This document shows positions 37,522 through 46,966 of a stretch of DNA of 64,000 nucleotides, in pieces (position 1 is the stretch's first letter; each line of letters starts with the position of its first letter). Source of the stretch: Coprothermobacterota bacterium (GTDB lineage: Bacteria; Coprothermobacterota; HKB111); the NCBI GenBank assembly GCA_037440465.1, contig JBBIUB010000001.1, positions 64,001 to 128,000 on the forward strand, read 5' to 3'. The position numbers were made by a program, and so were the translations under genes. Below the pieces are notes generated by a model. The model searched no databases. It was not told the DNA's origin and saw only the letters and a list, made by a program, of their open reading frames with translations.

Positions 37522-39451
37522 CCTTCCTCCTTATAACCCTACCATAACTTTCCAGCTCCAGAGCTACATCTTCCAAGCCAGCTTCAGCCAGGGTTTCGTA
37601 ATAAAAATTACTCGTCTCAGAATCATATTTCCTGACTTCATAATATTCCTTAAGCATTGGTTCCAGTTTACATACCTGCCCTTTAGCTGGGCCAGAGGGC
37701 ATTGGTTCTTCGGTAAAACGAGGGTGTAAGGTATCTTTTGAAAGTCCAGCTCTCATATTAAAGGCTCTTCTAAGGTGAGCGATTCTTCTTGCTAACTTTC
37801 TTACTTCCTCAACATCTAAGTATTTTCTAAGACCTGTTGAGTAAGCAATAACTTTAGAGAACTCTGGAAAATAATAAATGGGAGGCCACATAACCCCGTA
37901 CTTACAGAGAATAAGAGAATCACAGATAGCAAAGGCTTCCTCCTGGTCAGCTACCATGTATCCTTTATAAGTTTCATCCAGTAGATTACAGCAGATATCA
38001 GGATCAAGATGAGGAAACCGCTCTAAGGATTTGTTTCTGAAGCCCAGTTCATCAATGATACTCAAGCTTCTAAGGTGATCTGCCCCCCTTACATTGATTG
38101 CATAAGTAAGTCCAACAGATTTATGAGCTCTTGGATCTTGAGCAGAGGCGTCCATACCATTTACTTCTATAGCATACCTTTCCGCTCCTTTTCCAATCTT
38201 CTTTGAAGCAAGATAAACCCCTTCAGCCAGTACATCACCAATTCCTTCTCTTCTTACTATCATCTCAAGAAGTTTAAGAGCTACATCTCCGTCTCCCCAT
38301 TTAATCTCTAAACCATCTGTATCTTCTTTTGTCAGGATGCCTTTCTCAAAAAGCTCCATAGCAAAAGCTACCATAGAACCAGTAGAGATAGTATCAACCC
38401 CATAAGCATTAGCAAGATAATTAGCCCTAACAGGTATGTCCAGGTCAGAAACCATGATATTAGGACCCCAGGCATCTACTGTCTCATATTCTGGTCCTTC
38501 AGACTTCGTGCCAGAATACTTTCCTTCTTTTATCAAGGAGAAGTACTTACATTGAATGCCACAACCAAAACATGATTTATGGGCTATACGATAACCTTTC
38601 CTTATAGCTTCTCCACCTACCTTCTCAATTTCCGGGTAAAATCCATCGTAATGATTTTTAACTGGAAGTCGACCAATGGTATTCATGGCATCCATAAGAC
38701 CGGTAGTACCATATTTTCTGGAAGTATGTTTAATGTAGTTGGACCATTCTCCATATTTATGTTCTTTAAACATTTGGGTTGAAAAATCCATAAATTCTTG
38801 AGAATGTTTGACTCTTACAGGAAGGCTACCTCTTACTGCAATTGCTTTAAGATTCTTTGAGCCCAGAACAGCACCTATGCCTGTTCGTCCTGCAGCTCGA
38901 TAGTAATCAGACATTACTGCAGAAAAACGAACCAGTTTTTCACCTGCAGGACCAATGGTAAGAACTCTGATATCTGGATCATTATGTTCTTTTTCCAGCA
39001 TAGCAGTAGTATCAAAGGTTGTTTTTCCCCATAAATGGGAAGCGTTTCTTATTTCTACTCTTTCATCTTCTATAAAAAGATATACTGGAGAATCTGATTT
39101 ACCAGTAATAACAATTAAATCATAGCCAGCATACTTAAGCTCAGGACCAAAAAAACCACCTGCATGAGCTTCTCCCCAGCGAAGCGTTTGAGGAGATAAA
39201 GACGCTACCATATATCTACCCGAAGGCGGAAAGAGAGTTCCAGTTATTGGACCCACTGCCAAAACAAAGACATTCTCAGGAGATAATGGGTTTATACCTT
39301 GCTTTATATTATCCCAGAGAACTTTAGCAGCAAAACCGTCTCCACCAAGATAATCTTTAGCCCAAGAAATAGGTAATTCTCTTTTTTCTACTTTCCCTGA
39401 AGATAGGTCTACGAAGATATACTTACCCTGATAACCTCCAAGAGGATACAT
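37508..39451 (-). CDS. Aldehyde:ferredoxin oxidoreductase family, paralog 2
   Basis: GPAGE, AGRTGIGAVLGSKNLKA, CFGCGIQC, PEYET, YGVDTIS, RGADH, DSLILCKY. Confidence 0.93.
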   Translation of the reverse strand: MYPLGGYQGKYIFVDLSSGKVEKRELPISWAKDYLGGDGFAAKVLWDNIKQGINPLSPENVFVLAVGPITGTLFPPSGRYMVASLSPQTLRWGEAHAGGFFGPELKYAGYDLIVITGKSDSPVYLFIEDERVEIRNASHLWGKTTFDTTAMLEKEHNDPDIRVLTIGPAGEKLVRFSAVMSDYYRAAGRTGIGAVLGSKNLKAIAVRGSLPVRVKHSQEFMDFSTQMFKEHKYGEWSNYIKHTSRKYGTTGLMDAMNTIGRLPVKNHYDGFYPEIEKVGGEAIRKGYRIAHKSCFGCGIQCKYFSLIKEGKYSGTKSEGPEYETVDAWGPNIMVSDLDIPVRANYLANAYGVDTISTGSMVAFAMELFEKGILTKEDTDGLEIKWGDGDVALKLLEMIVRREGIGDVLAEGVYLASKKIGKGAERYAIEVNGMDASAQDPRAHKSVGLTYAINVRGADHLRSLSIIDELGFRNKSLERFPHLDPDICCNLLDETYKGYMVADQEEAFAICDSLILCKYGVMWPPIYYFPEFSKVIAYSTGLRKYLDVEEVRKLARRIAHLRRAFNMRAGLSKDTLHPRFTEEPMPSGPAKGQVCKLEPMLKEYYEVRKYDSETSNFYYETLAEAGLEDVALELESYGRVIRRKDGGS

Positions 39452-39453
39452 TG

Positions 39454-39942
39454 CTAACCTTCCTTCTGTATAAGAGAAATATATTTCAACATCTTTTCTG
39501 CTCCCAGCCTCTTTTTTCTTAAGCCAACTTTATCTGCTGCGGCATATTCAATAGCCTCAACAGGACAAAACTCTACACATTTAGGGGTTCCACCACATAA
39601 ATCACATTTCATGGCAACTTTCTTTAAAGAATGAACCGAAGCACCCCCAAAAGGGCAAACCATAATACAGGTATAACATCCAATACACTTCTTTTCATTT
39701 AAAAGTACAACTCTCAACTGACTATCCCTATAAAGAGCCCGAGAGGGGCAAGACTCCAGGCACAAAGCAGTTTCACATTGCTGGCAAGTTATAGGTATGT
39801 CTATACCATCTCTCTTAAAACTGACCACCGAAATCCGGGAAAGCCTTGGATTAAAGACACCTTCGTGCTCAAAAGAGCATGCCAGTTCACAGATACGACA
39901 ACCGGTACATTTATCAAGATCTACTATAAGTAATTTATCCAT
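39454..39942 (-). CDS. 4x[4Fe-4S] DmsB-like subunit
   Basis: CTGCRICELAC, CQQC...C..SC, CIGCYTCIMVCP, KCDLC...C..FCP. Confidence 0.92.
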   Translation of the reverse strand: MDKLLIVDLDKCTGCRICELACSFEHEGVFNPRLSRISVVSFKRDGIDIPITCQQCETALCLESCPSRALYRDSQLRVVLLNEKKCIGCYTCIMVCPFGGASVHSLKKVAMKCDLCGGTPKCVEFCPVEAIEYAAADKVGLRKKRLGAEKMLKYISLIQKEG

Positions 39943-40170
39943 TTAACCTCCACCTATAGACCAGAGAATTTTAACCTGGTCTCCGTTCTTTAATGGTGTT
40001 TCCATGCTCTTGAAACTTTCATTTACCAGGATTAGGAAAGGGGCAAAAGAAGGAAGTTCTAAATGAGTTATTAGATCTGAAACAGTTGAGTCTTCTAACA
40101 ACCCTATTACTTCTTCCCTACCCTGGTAAAATTCCCGTAATGGTCCAAAAACGCTTACTTTAATCTTCAT
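39943..40170 (-). CDS. MoaD/ThiS sulfur carrier
   Basis: 75 aa, LKNGD.V, C-terminal IGGG. Confidence 0.88.
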   Translation of the reverse strand: MKIKVSVFGPLREFYQGREEVIGLLEDSTVSDLITHLELPSFAPFLILVNESFKSMETPLKNGDQVKILWSIGGG

Positions 40171-40218
40171 AATAATTGTTTTTCTCCCACTTTGCTGCTA
40201 ATTAAGGTTGGAAGATTC

Positions 40219-40344
40219 CGTGACATGTAATGTGTGACATGTAATAAGTAATATGAAATCTGTGAAATGTAAATTATAATTATCTCTCATCGCTTGTCTC
40301 CTTTAATCTATAATCTGTTAATTATTACTCGTTACTCATCACCC
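40219..40344. repeat. Degenerate 7-mer tandem arrays in opposite orientations
   Basis: 40219-40274: CGTGACA TGTAATG TGTGACA TGTAATA AGTAATA TGAAATC TGTGAAA TGTAAAT. 40324-40344: ATTACTC GTTACTC ATCACCC. Confidence 0.65.
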
Positions 40345-40346
40345 AC

Positions 40347-42242
40347 TTATTCATAATAGCCTTCCGGTAAATCAGGGATAAGCTCATCTAATCCTAATTC
40401 TTTGAGTGTTGAAGGTCTGGGAATACCGTCCAAGGTCCATCCTCTCTCTTTATAATAATCATCTAACATATAAGACAATTCTACAACCTGCCCTTTAGCG
40501 CCACCTTCTGTGGCTTTTTCCTTTAAGAGCCGCTCCGGTAGCGTATCTTCTTTACGAGAAAGACCCAAACGTACGTTGTACATCCTCTGGAGATTAATAA
40601 TCCTCTCGCCTAACTTTTCAAGTTCTTTTATACTATAATCCCAACCTACTGTCAATTTCAGGGCTTTTGTAAGCTCTTCATAACCTAAAGTTGGTGGAAC
40701 CATCGTCCCATATTTGCAAACTACTGATGACTCTACTACAGCTCCCCAGTTCTCATTAACATAAATCATATGCCCCTTATGGACAGGGTTTAATCTGTCA
40801 GCCATTTCGGGCATATACTTTGCTCCATAGATTCTTTCTACTTCTTCGTCAAATCCACCTTCATCCAAAACTGGAAAAGCATAAAGATGGTCAGCTCCCC
40901 GAGCAGAAACTGCTATGGCTAAACCCATGGATTTTTGACCTCTTGGCTCCTGGCCAGCTATTTCCATTTTTTTAACTGCCATCACATAATTTATTGCTTC
41001 CCCACCTATTATCTGAGCTGCTTTAAAAGAACCTTCAGCTAAGAGGTTAGCTAAGGGGCCTTCACGATAAGCGATGCGTTTAGTGAGTTCAACGACTGTC
41101 TCAGCATCTCCAAAGAAAAGATCTAAATCATCTCTGTACTCAACGGGTAGGAGTCCAAGATCTGCCAATTCCATAGCAAAGGAAATGACAGCACCCGTAC
41201 CGATAGTATCTAAACCAAGATTATTGCAGAGATAACCAGCATAAATAATCGCTTCAAGATCGTTAACACCACAACGAGAACCAAGGGCAGCTACTGTCTC
41301 AAACTCAGGACCCCCTGTAATACAGCTATATTTACCTTCTTTTACCTGGCAATACCTCCCACAACGCTGAGCACAGGAGAAATCAGCCCGAGGTTTTATC
41401 AGATATTTATCTCTGAGCTCTTTGCCACTTATTAGATGAGCATCTTTAAAATAACCTGAGCGGAGGTTGTTTGTAGGGAGCCTTCCTATTTCAGACATAA
41501 TCTCTGTAAGACCAGCAGTACCATAAATCACACGTGTACCTGCAATTGGGTCTTGAATAAGTTTCTGAATTAATTCTTTCATATAAGGAAGATAATTTAT
41601 CTTATCAAAGACTTCTATACCCTGGTTTCCTTTAACTACTATTGCCTTAACTTTTTTTGAACCCATTACAGCTCCCACTCCTGAGCGAGCTGCTACCCTA
41701 TCCCTATCGTTCACTATTGAAGAAATAAGAACCAATTTTTCACCTGAAGGACCTATGGATATAATCCTCACATCACTCCCAAGTTCATTCTTTATTATAT
41801 CTTCTGTTTCATGAACAGTCTTACCCCAGATATGAGTGGCTTCCTTAATTAAAACCCTATCATTATTAATATAAATATAAACAGGTTCGGCTGAACTACC
41901 TTCAAGCACCAAACCATCATATCCAGCGAATTTAAGTTCAGGAGCCCAATGGCCTGCAGAATGTGCTTCACCCCATATGCCAGTCAAAGGTGATTTTGTG
42001 GTAACCACATAGCGATTGCCCTGTGGCCAGAGAGTACCAGTCAAAGGACCGGTAAAGACGAATAATTTGTTTTCTGATGATAAAGGTTCTACTTCTGCAC
42101 CTACTTCATGATAAAGAAAATAAGAAGCAAGTCCCGTTCCCCCCAGATATTTAATCAGAAGTTGATCATCCAAACTTTCTTTTTTGTAGCTTTTATCATC
42201 CAGATTTATTCTAAGAATCTGTCCTCTGTATCCCTTATTCAC
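40347..42242 (-). CDS. Aldehyde:ferredoxin oxidoreductase family, paralog 3
   Basis: KSPLTG, GPSGE, ARSGVGAVMGSKKVKA, DFSCAQRC, PEFET, LGLDTIG, RGADH, VVCKY. Confidence 0.92.
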   Translation of the reverse strand: MNKGYRGQILRINLDDKSYKKESLDDQLLIKYLGGTGLASYFLYHEVGAEVEPLSSENKLFVFTGPLTGTLWPQGNRYVVTTKSPLTGIWGEAHSAGHWAPELKFAGYDGLVLEGSSAEPVYIYINNDRVLIKEATHIWGKTVHETEDIIKNELGSDVRIISIGPSGEKLVLISSIVNDRDRVAARSGVGAVMGSKKVKAIVVKGNQGIEVFDKINYLPYMKELIQKLIQDPIAGTRVIYGTAGLTEIMSEIGRLPTNNLRSGYFKDAHLISGKELRDKYLIKPRADFSCAQRCGRYCQVKEGKYSCITGGPEFETVAALGSRCGVNDLEAIIYAGYLCNNLGLDTIGTGAVISFAMELADLGLLPVEYRDDLDLFFGDAETVVELTKRIAYREGPLANLLAEGSFKAAQIIGGEAINYVMAVKKMEIAGQEPRGQKSMGLAIAVSARGADHLYAFPVLDEGGFDEEVERIYGAKYMPEMADRLNPVHKGHMIYVNENWGAVVESSVVCKYGTMVPPTLGYEELTKALKLTVGWDYSIKELEKLGERIINLQRMYNVRLGLSRKEDTLPERLLKEKATEGGAKGQVVELSYMLDDYYKERGWTLDGIPRPSTLKELGLDELIPDLPEGYYE

Positions 42243-42636
42243 GGAAATCCTCCTTTAGCTCTATGACTCCAGAGGGACAAATTGTGACACATTTCTCACA
42301 GACCTCGCAGATGAGGGGTGTTTTTTTCTCAGGATGAAGACTCACAGCTTCATAAGGACAGATTTCTTCACAGATTCCACATAAGATGCATAGTTCCTCA
42401 TCAATAGATACCACTCCCTCTTTTTTTCTCAAAGCCAGAGTCGAGCAATTATCAATACAAGGTGCGGGTTCACAATTTTGACAGAACTTCACTTCGTCCC
42501 TGCTATCATCAAAACGTTTGGTTTTAGCCCGAGATACAGCAGGATTTATCACTCCATAATGAACGAAAGAACAAACAGATTCATGTATCCTGCACCCCGT
42601 ACAAACAAGAGGGTTAACCTTCAAATGGCGACCCAT
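42235..42636 (-). CDS. Polyferredoxin (DmsB-like) subunit
   Basis: CTGCRIHESVC, CQNC..APC..C, CILCGICEEICP, CEVCEKCVTICP. Confidence 0.9.
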   Translation of the reverse strand: MGRHLKVNPLVCTGCRIHESVCSFVHYGVINPAVSRAKTKRFDDSRDEVKFCQNCEPAPCIDNCSTLALRKKEGVVSIDEELCILCGICEEICPYEAVSLHPEKKTPLICEVCEKCVTICPSGVIELKEDFRE

Positions 42637-42702
42637 TCCTTTTTCTCCTTTTTACATTCCATACTTGACTCCGTGAAACCTTTTTTCTATTTAACTAAAT
42701 GA

Positions 42703-42714
42703 TTGTTTAAACAA
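42703..42714. promoter_or_regulatory. Perfect 12 bp palindrome in the divergent promoter region, candidate operator
   Basis: TTGTTTAAACAA; AT-rich context weakens its significance. Confidence 0.3.
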
Positions 42715-42790
42715 AGATTTATATTTACTATTAAAACACATAAAGAGAATAAATTGTTACAAATAGTACAAGTATTTATCATCTATGTTG

Positions 42791-42799
42791 TGCTATAAT
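42791..42799 (+). promoter_or_regulatory. Extended -10 promoter element upstream of the moeB-like gene
   Basis: TGCTATAAT (TGnTATAAT) about 20 bp before the ATG. Confidence 0.5.
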
Positions 42800-42818
42800 T
42801 CAAAATAGGAACTCATAA

Positions 42819-43619
42819 ATGGAAAGGTATAAAGTACAAACAAGATTCAAGGAAATAGGAGAAGGTGGTCAGGCTAAATTAGCTGAAGGAAGAGTTTGTA
42901 TTATTGGCCTGGGGGGTCTTGGGGGGTTTTTAAGCGAACTTCTTACCAGGGCGGGTGTTGGTCGAATAACCCTTATAGATTTTGATTCAGTTGAAATATC
43001 CAACCTACAAAGACAGATTCTTTACAACGAAGATGATGCAAATGAAGGAAAGTTAAAAGTAGAAACCGCATTAGAGAAACTTAGTAAAATAAACAGTGAA
43101 ATAGACTTAGTTGGTTATTCTCTGTACCTTTCTCCGCAGAATGCTGAAAAATTCTTACTTGGTCATGACTTGATCCTTGATGGAACTGACAACTATGGAA
43201 CCCGTTATTTATTAAATGACATTGCTGTTAAACATTCAATCCCCTGGATATTCCAGGCAGTTGCTGGAGCTTATGGTATGGCATCAATGATAATTCCTGG
43301 GGAAACACCTTGTCTGAAAGAAATATTACCTGAAGATATTAGCTCTCAGGCTCTACATTGTTCCACTGTAGGTGTAATCTCACCTATCATAGCATCAACA
43401 ACTGCTTTTACTATTACTCAAACATTAAAGTTTTTAACCCAAGGCAAAGAAAACATCGATAGAGGTCTGGCTTTGATAGACCTTTGGCATCCATCTTTTG
43501 AATTAATAGAATTGAATAAAAACCTTCAAGATCCTTGTCCTGTATGCGAATTGAGAAAATTTGAATACCTGGAAGGTGATAAATTTCCCAAACCAAGTGT
43601 TAAAGGATCTGCTTGTTAA
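42819..43619 (+). CDS. ThiF/MoeB family adenylyltransferase (E1-like)
   Basis: IIGLGGLG, DFDSVEISNLQRQ, DGTDN..TR, TPC, C-terminal CPVC. Confidence 0.92.
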   Translation: MERYKVQTRFKEIGEGGQAKLAEGRVCIIGLGGLGGFLSELLTRAGVGRITLIDFDSVEISNLQRQILYNEDDANEGKLKVETALEKLSKINSEIDLVGYSLYLSPQNAEKFLLGHDLILDGTDNYGTRYLLNDIAVKHSIPWIFQAVAGAYGMASMIIPGETPCLKEILPEDISSQALHCSTVGVISPIIASTTAFTITQTLKFLTQGKENIDRGLALIDLWHPSFELIELNKNLQDPCPVCELRKFEYLEGDKFPKPSVKGSAC

Positions 43620-43634
43620 TATAAAGGAGGAAGA

Positions 43635-43973
43635 ATGTATAAGGTTTATGAAAAAGAAGTTAAACCCGAAATAGTTGAAGAGGGTAAAGCTGCTACTATC
43701 AAATGGATATTACATAAAGGTATTGGGGTACCAAACTTTGAGTTGCGTATTTTTGAGATTCAACCAGGCGGGCGTACACCTGAACATGTGCATCATTGGG
43801 AACATGAAGTGTATGTATTATCTGGTAATGGGAAGGTTAAAAGTGAAAGGGGGGATGCAGAGTTAAAACCTGGAGTGGCAGTATTTGTTCCTCCTCAGGA
43901 AAAACATGTTTTTGTAAATGATGGGGAGGAAGAATTAAAGTTTATCTGTGTTATACCTCGTAGAGAGGGATAA
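43635..43973 (+). CDS. Cupin domain protein
   Basis: PGGRTPEHVHHWEHEVYVLSG and FVPPQEKH cupin motifs. Confidence 0.9.
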   Translation: MYKVYEKEVKPEIVEEGKAATIKWILHKGIGVPNFELRIFEIQPGGRTPEHVHHWEHEVYVLSGNGKVKSERGDAELKPGVAVFVPPQEKHVFVNDGEEELKFICVIPRREG

Positions 43974-43981
43974 AAATACTC

Positions 43982-44011
43982 TTGACAGGAACCAATATAG
44001 ATGAGTAAAAT
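43982..44011 (+). promoter_or_regulatory. Sigma70-type promoter for the second nucleoside ABC operon
   Basis: TTGACA-18 bp-TAAAAT. Confidence 0.6.
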
Positions 44012-44079
44012 CATATTGTAATTATGCAGTACTCATTTATAATAAACTGCAAAATTTAAAAAAAATTAGGAGGTATAAA

Positions 44080-45342
44080 GTGAGGAAATTTTTAATAGGT
44101 TCGTTGGTTGTAACTTTAATTTTAGGTTCACTTTCACTGTTTTTTTCTCTTACCTCTAACAGCCTTGTAGAAGCTGGAGAAAAAATCAAGATTGGTTTGG
44201 TAACTGATGTAGGTGGGAGAGGAGACAAATCGTTTAACGATTCTGCCTTAAGAGGTCTGGAAAACTGGGCTGCTGGCTTAAAGATGGTTGCTGGTGTTGG
44301 TTATCAAGCATTAACCGATGCAGAGTACAACAAAATCATTGAAGATGAAGCACCAGGTTTGCTGGATCGTGGTATAAGGAAGTTTGATGTCGAACCCATG
44401 ATTCTTGAATCAAAAGCTAGTGAAGACTATATACCTAATCTTAAAACCTTAGCTGATCAGGGTTGTAAACTCGTTATTGGCGTTGGTTTCATGCTTACTG
44501 ATGCTATTGAAGAAGTTGCCCCTCTCTATCCAAACACTTACTTTATGTTAATTGATGGTTTTATTGAGACACCTCCTCCAAATGTAGTATGCTACTTATT
44601 CAAAGAAGAAGAAGGCTCATTCCTGGTTGGAGCTCTGGTTGGTAAAATGACCACTACAAATAAAGTCGGCTTCGTTGGAGGAATGGACTTATTTATCATT
44701 CACAGATTTGAAGCAGGTTATAAAGCAGGCTTAAAAACAGTTAATCCCGACGCAGAAACATTTGTAGGATACACAGGAAATTTCACCAGCGCTGAAGATG
44801 GTCAGAAAATTGCTAAAACACAGTTCGACCAGGGAGCAGACATTGTCTACCATGCTTCCGGTGCTTGTGGAATTGGTGTAATCGAAGAAGCAAAAGGAAG
44901 ACCTGCAGGCTACTACGCTGTTGGAGTTGACTCTGACCAGGATTACCTCGCTCCTGGTAAGGTTCTTACATCGATGATAAAGCACGTAGATTACGCTGTA
45001 TGGCTTTCCATAGAATCAGTTGTAATTAATACCTTCACAAGTGGCCATGTTACCCTTGGTGTTAAAGAGGGTGGCGTTGGTATTTCACCATTAAAATATA
45101 CTAAAGACTTAATTCCATTAGCCGTCCTTGATGAAGTAGAAGAACTTAAAGACATGATAATTGCTGGCGACATCAAAGTTCCAGCATCAAGAGAAGAGTA
45201 CGATGAGTGGGTAAAAACGCTTGCGGAAGAACCAGAACCAGAAGAACCTGCTAAAAAGACAAATTGGTTGTTAATTGCAGGACTTATTGTTGTTGCTTTA
45301 GCTATCGTTAAATTCCTCTTTTTGAAAGGTAAGAAAAAATAG
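44080..45342 (+). CDS. BMP family nucleoside-binding protein with C-terminal TM anchor
   Basis: DVGGRGDKSFNDSA, EEGSFLVG, VGVDSDQ, TSMIKHVD; C-terminal EEPEPEEP linker, TM helix and KGKKK. Confidence 0.92.
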   Translation: MRKFLIGSLVVTLILGSLSLFFSLTSNSLVEAGEKIKIGLVTDVGGRGDKSFNDSALRGLENWAAGLKMVAGVGYQALTDAEYNKIIEDEAPGLLDRGIRKFDVEPMILESKASEDYIPNLKTLADQGCKLVIGVGFMLTDAIEEVAPLYPNTYFMLIDGFIETPPPNVVCYLFKEEEGSFLVGALVGKMTTTNKVGFVGGMDLFIIHRFEAGYKAGLKTVNPDAETFVGYTGNFTSAEDGQKIAKTQFDQGADIVYHASGACGIGVIEEAKGRPAGYYAVGVDSDQDYLAPGKVLTSMIKHVDYAVWLSIESVVINTFTSGHVTLGVKEGGVGISPLKYTKDLIPLAVLDEVEELKDMIIAGDIKVPASREEYDEWVKTLAEEPEPEEPAKKTNWLLIAGLIVVALAIVKFLFLKGKKK

Positions 45343-45381
45343 CAGGAGTATAACTTTTTAAAATACACTTTTAAGCCAAAG

Positions 45382-45414
45382 GAAAAGGGTGGGAAGAAAT
45401 CCCACCCTTTTCTT
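45382..45414 (+). terminator. Hairpin after the BMP gene (partial terminator or mRNA stabiliser)
   Basis: GAAAAGGGTGGGA-agaaa-TCCCACCCTTTTC, 13 bp stem. Confidence 0.75.
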
Positions 45415-45430
45415 AACGGAGGTGAAAGAT

Positions 45431-46966
45431 TTGGTAAATGCTATAGAAGTAAAAAATATTACAAAAGTATTTCCAGAAGTAGTAGCAAACGATAACATTT
45501 CCTTTGAAATAAAAAAAGGTGAGATATTCGCAATTATTGGAGAAAATGGAGCTGGTAAAACAACTCTAATGAACATTCTTTATGGCTTGTACACTCCTGA
45601 TAGCGGAGATGTTTATATTGGTGGGAAGAAGATTATTCATAACTCACCGAAAAAAGCCATAGATTTAGGTGTTGGCATGGTCCACCAACATTTTATGCTT
45701 ATTCCAAAATTTTCAGTCACAGACAATATTGTATTGGGACAAGAATTTACTGTAAATGGTCTTGTATTAGATCAAAAAAAATCAATTCAAAGCGTAAGAG
45801 AAATATCTGAGAAATATAAATTAAAAGTTGACCCTGAGGAGAAAGTAGAAAATCTTTCAGTTGGTGTACAACAACGAGTTGAGATACTTAAAGTCCTCTT
45901 CAGAGGAGCAGTTATTCTTATTCTGGATGAACCCACAGCAGTTCTTACTCCTCAAGAGTCAAGGGAGCTCTTTGATACCATTAGAGCATTAAAGGAGCAA
46001 GGTAAAACAGTCATATTTATTTCTCACAAACTAAAAGAGGTTCTGGAAATAGCAGACAGAATTGCTGTTTTGAAAAATGGAAGAGTTGTGGGAATCAAAG
46101 GAAAGGAAGAAACAAGTGAAAAGGATTTAGCAAGAATGATGGTAGGGAGAGATGTTATATTTGAATCTCCAAAAAAGTATGCTGAACCCGGTGAAGTAAC
46201 TTTAGCAGTTGAAAACATTACTATCATTGGAGATAAAGGAATACCTACTGTCAAAAACATCTCATTTAAATTAAGAAAAAGTGAAATCCTTGGAATCGCT
46301 GGAATAGAAGGTAATGGGCAGGCTGAACTGGTCGAAGCTTTGACAGGTCTTCGTCCGATTGAGTCAGGGACAATAAAAATAAATGACCAGGTCATAGAAG
46401 AGTTTACTCCCTGGAATATCAGGAAGAAAGGGGTAGCTCATATCCCTGAAGATAGAAGGAAAAGAGGTCTAATATTACCCTTTACTGTTTCATACAACCT
46501 AATTCTTGGAAGGCAGAGAGAAAAGAATTTTTCGAGAAGTATCTTACTTAATAATTCAGGTATATCTAAATATTCTGAAGGTAAAATTGATGAGTTTGAT
46601 ATTAGGCCAAGAAATAAAAACCTAAAAACAGAATCCCTGTCAGGTGGTAATCAACAAAAGATAATCGTAGCAAGAGAAATATCTTATAATCCTGAAATAC
46701 TTATCGCTTCCCAGCCCACAAGAGGACTCGATGTAGGTGCTATAGAATTTGTTCATAAAAGGCTCGTGGATCAAAGAGAATTTGGAAAGGCAATTCTCCT
46801 GATTTCTTTAGAGCTTGAAGAAATAATGATGTTATCAGATAGAATTGCAGTTATTTATAACGGTGAGTTCGTGGGAATTCTCAATAGAAATGAAGCATCA
46901 GAAGAAGAAATAGGCTTATTGATGTTAGGAGCTAAAAGGCAACCTAAAGAGGAGATGAGAGTATGA
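45431..46966 (+). CDS. CUT2 ABC transporter ATP-binding protein
   Basis: GENGAGKT, LDEPT, LSGGNQQK; start set at TTG 45431 after GGAGGTGA. Confidence 0.95.
   Translation: MVNAIEVKNITKVFPEVVANDNISFEIKKGEIFAIIGENGAGKTTLMNILYGLYTPDSGDVYIGGKKIIHNSPKKAIDLGVGMVHQHFMLIPKFSVTDNIVLGQEFTVNGLVLDQKKSIQSVREISEKYKLKVDPEEKVENLSVGVQQRVEILKVLFRGAVILILDEPTAVLTPQESRELFDTIRALKEQGKTVIFISHKLKEVLEIADRIAVLKNGRVVGIKGKEETSEKDLARMMVGRDVIFESPKKYAEPGEVTLAVENITIIGDKGIPTVKNISFKLRKSEILGIAGIEGNGQAELVEALTGLRPIESGTIKINDQVIEEFTPWNIRKKGVAHIPEDRRKRGLILPFTVSYNLILGRQREKNFSRSILLNNSGISKYSEGKIDEFDIRPRNKNLKTESLSGGNQQKIIVAREISYNPEILIASQPTRGLDVGAIEFVHKRLVDQREFGKAILLISLELEEIMMLSDRIAVIYNGEFVGILNRNEASEEEIGLLMLGAKRQPKEEMRV

Noticed and set aside
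40219..40344. CRISPR array
   Set aside because: Units are 7 bp with no spacers, and there are no cas genes
43974..44079. Purine riboswitch upstream of the nucleoside ABC operon (also checked upstream of purB)
   Set aside because: Only short inverted repeats (ATGAGTA/TACTCAT) were found; no TTTCTACC-type aptamer core was seen. An Rfam scan would be definitive.
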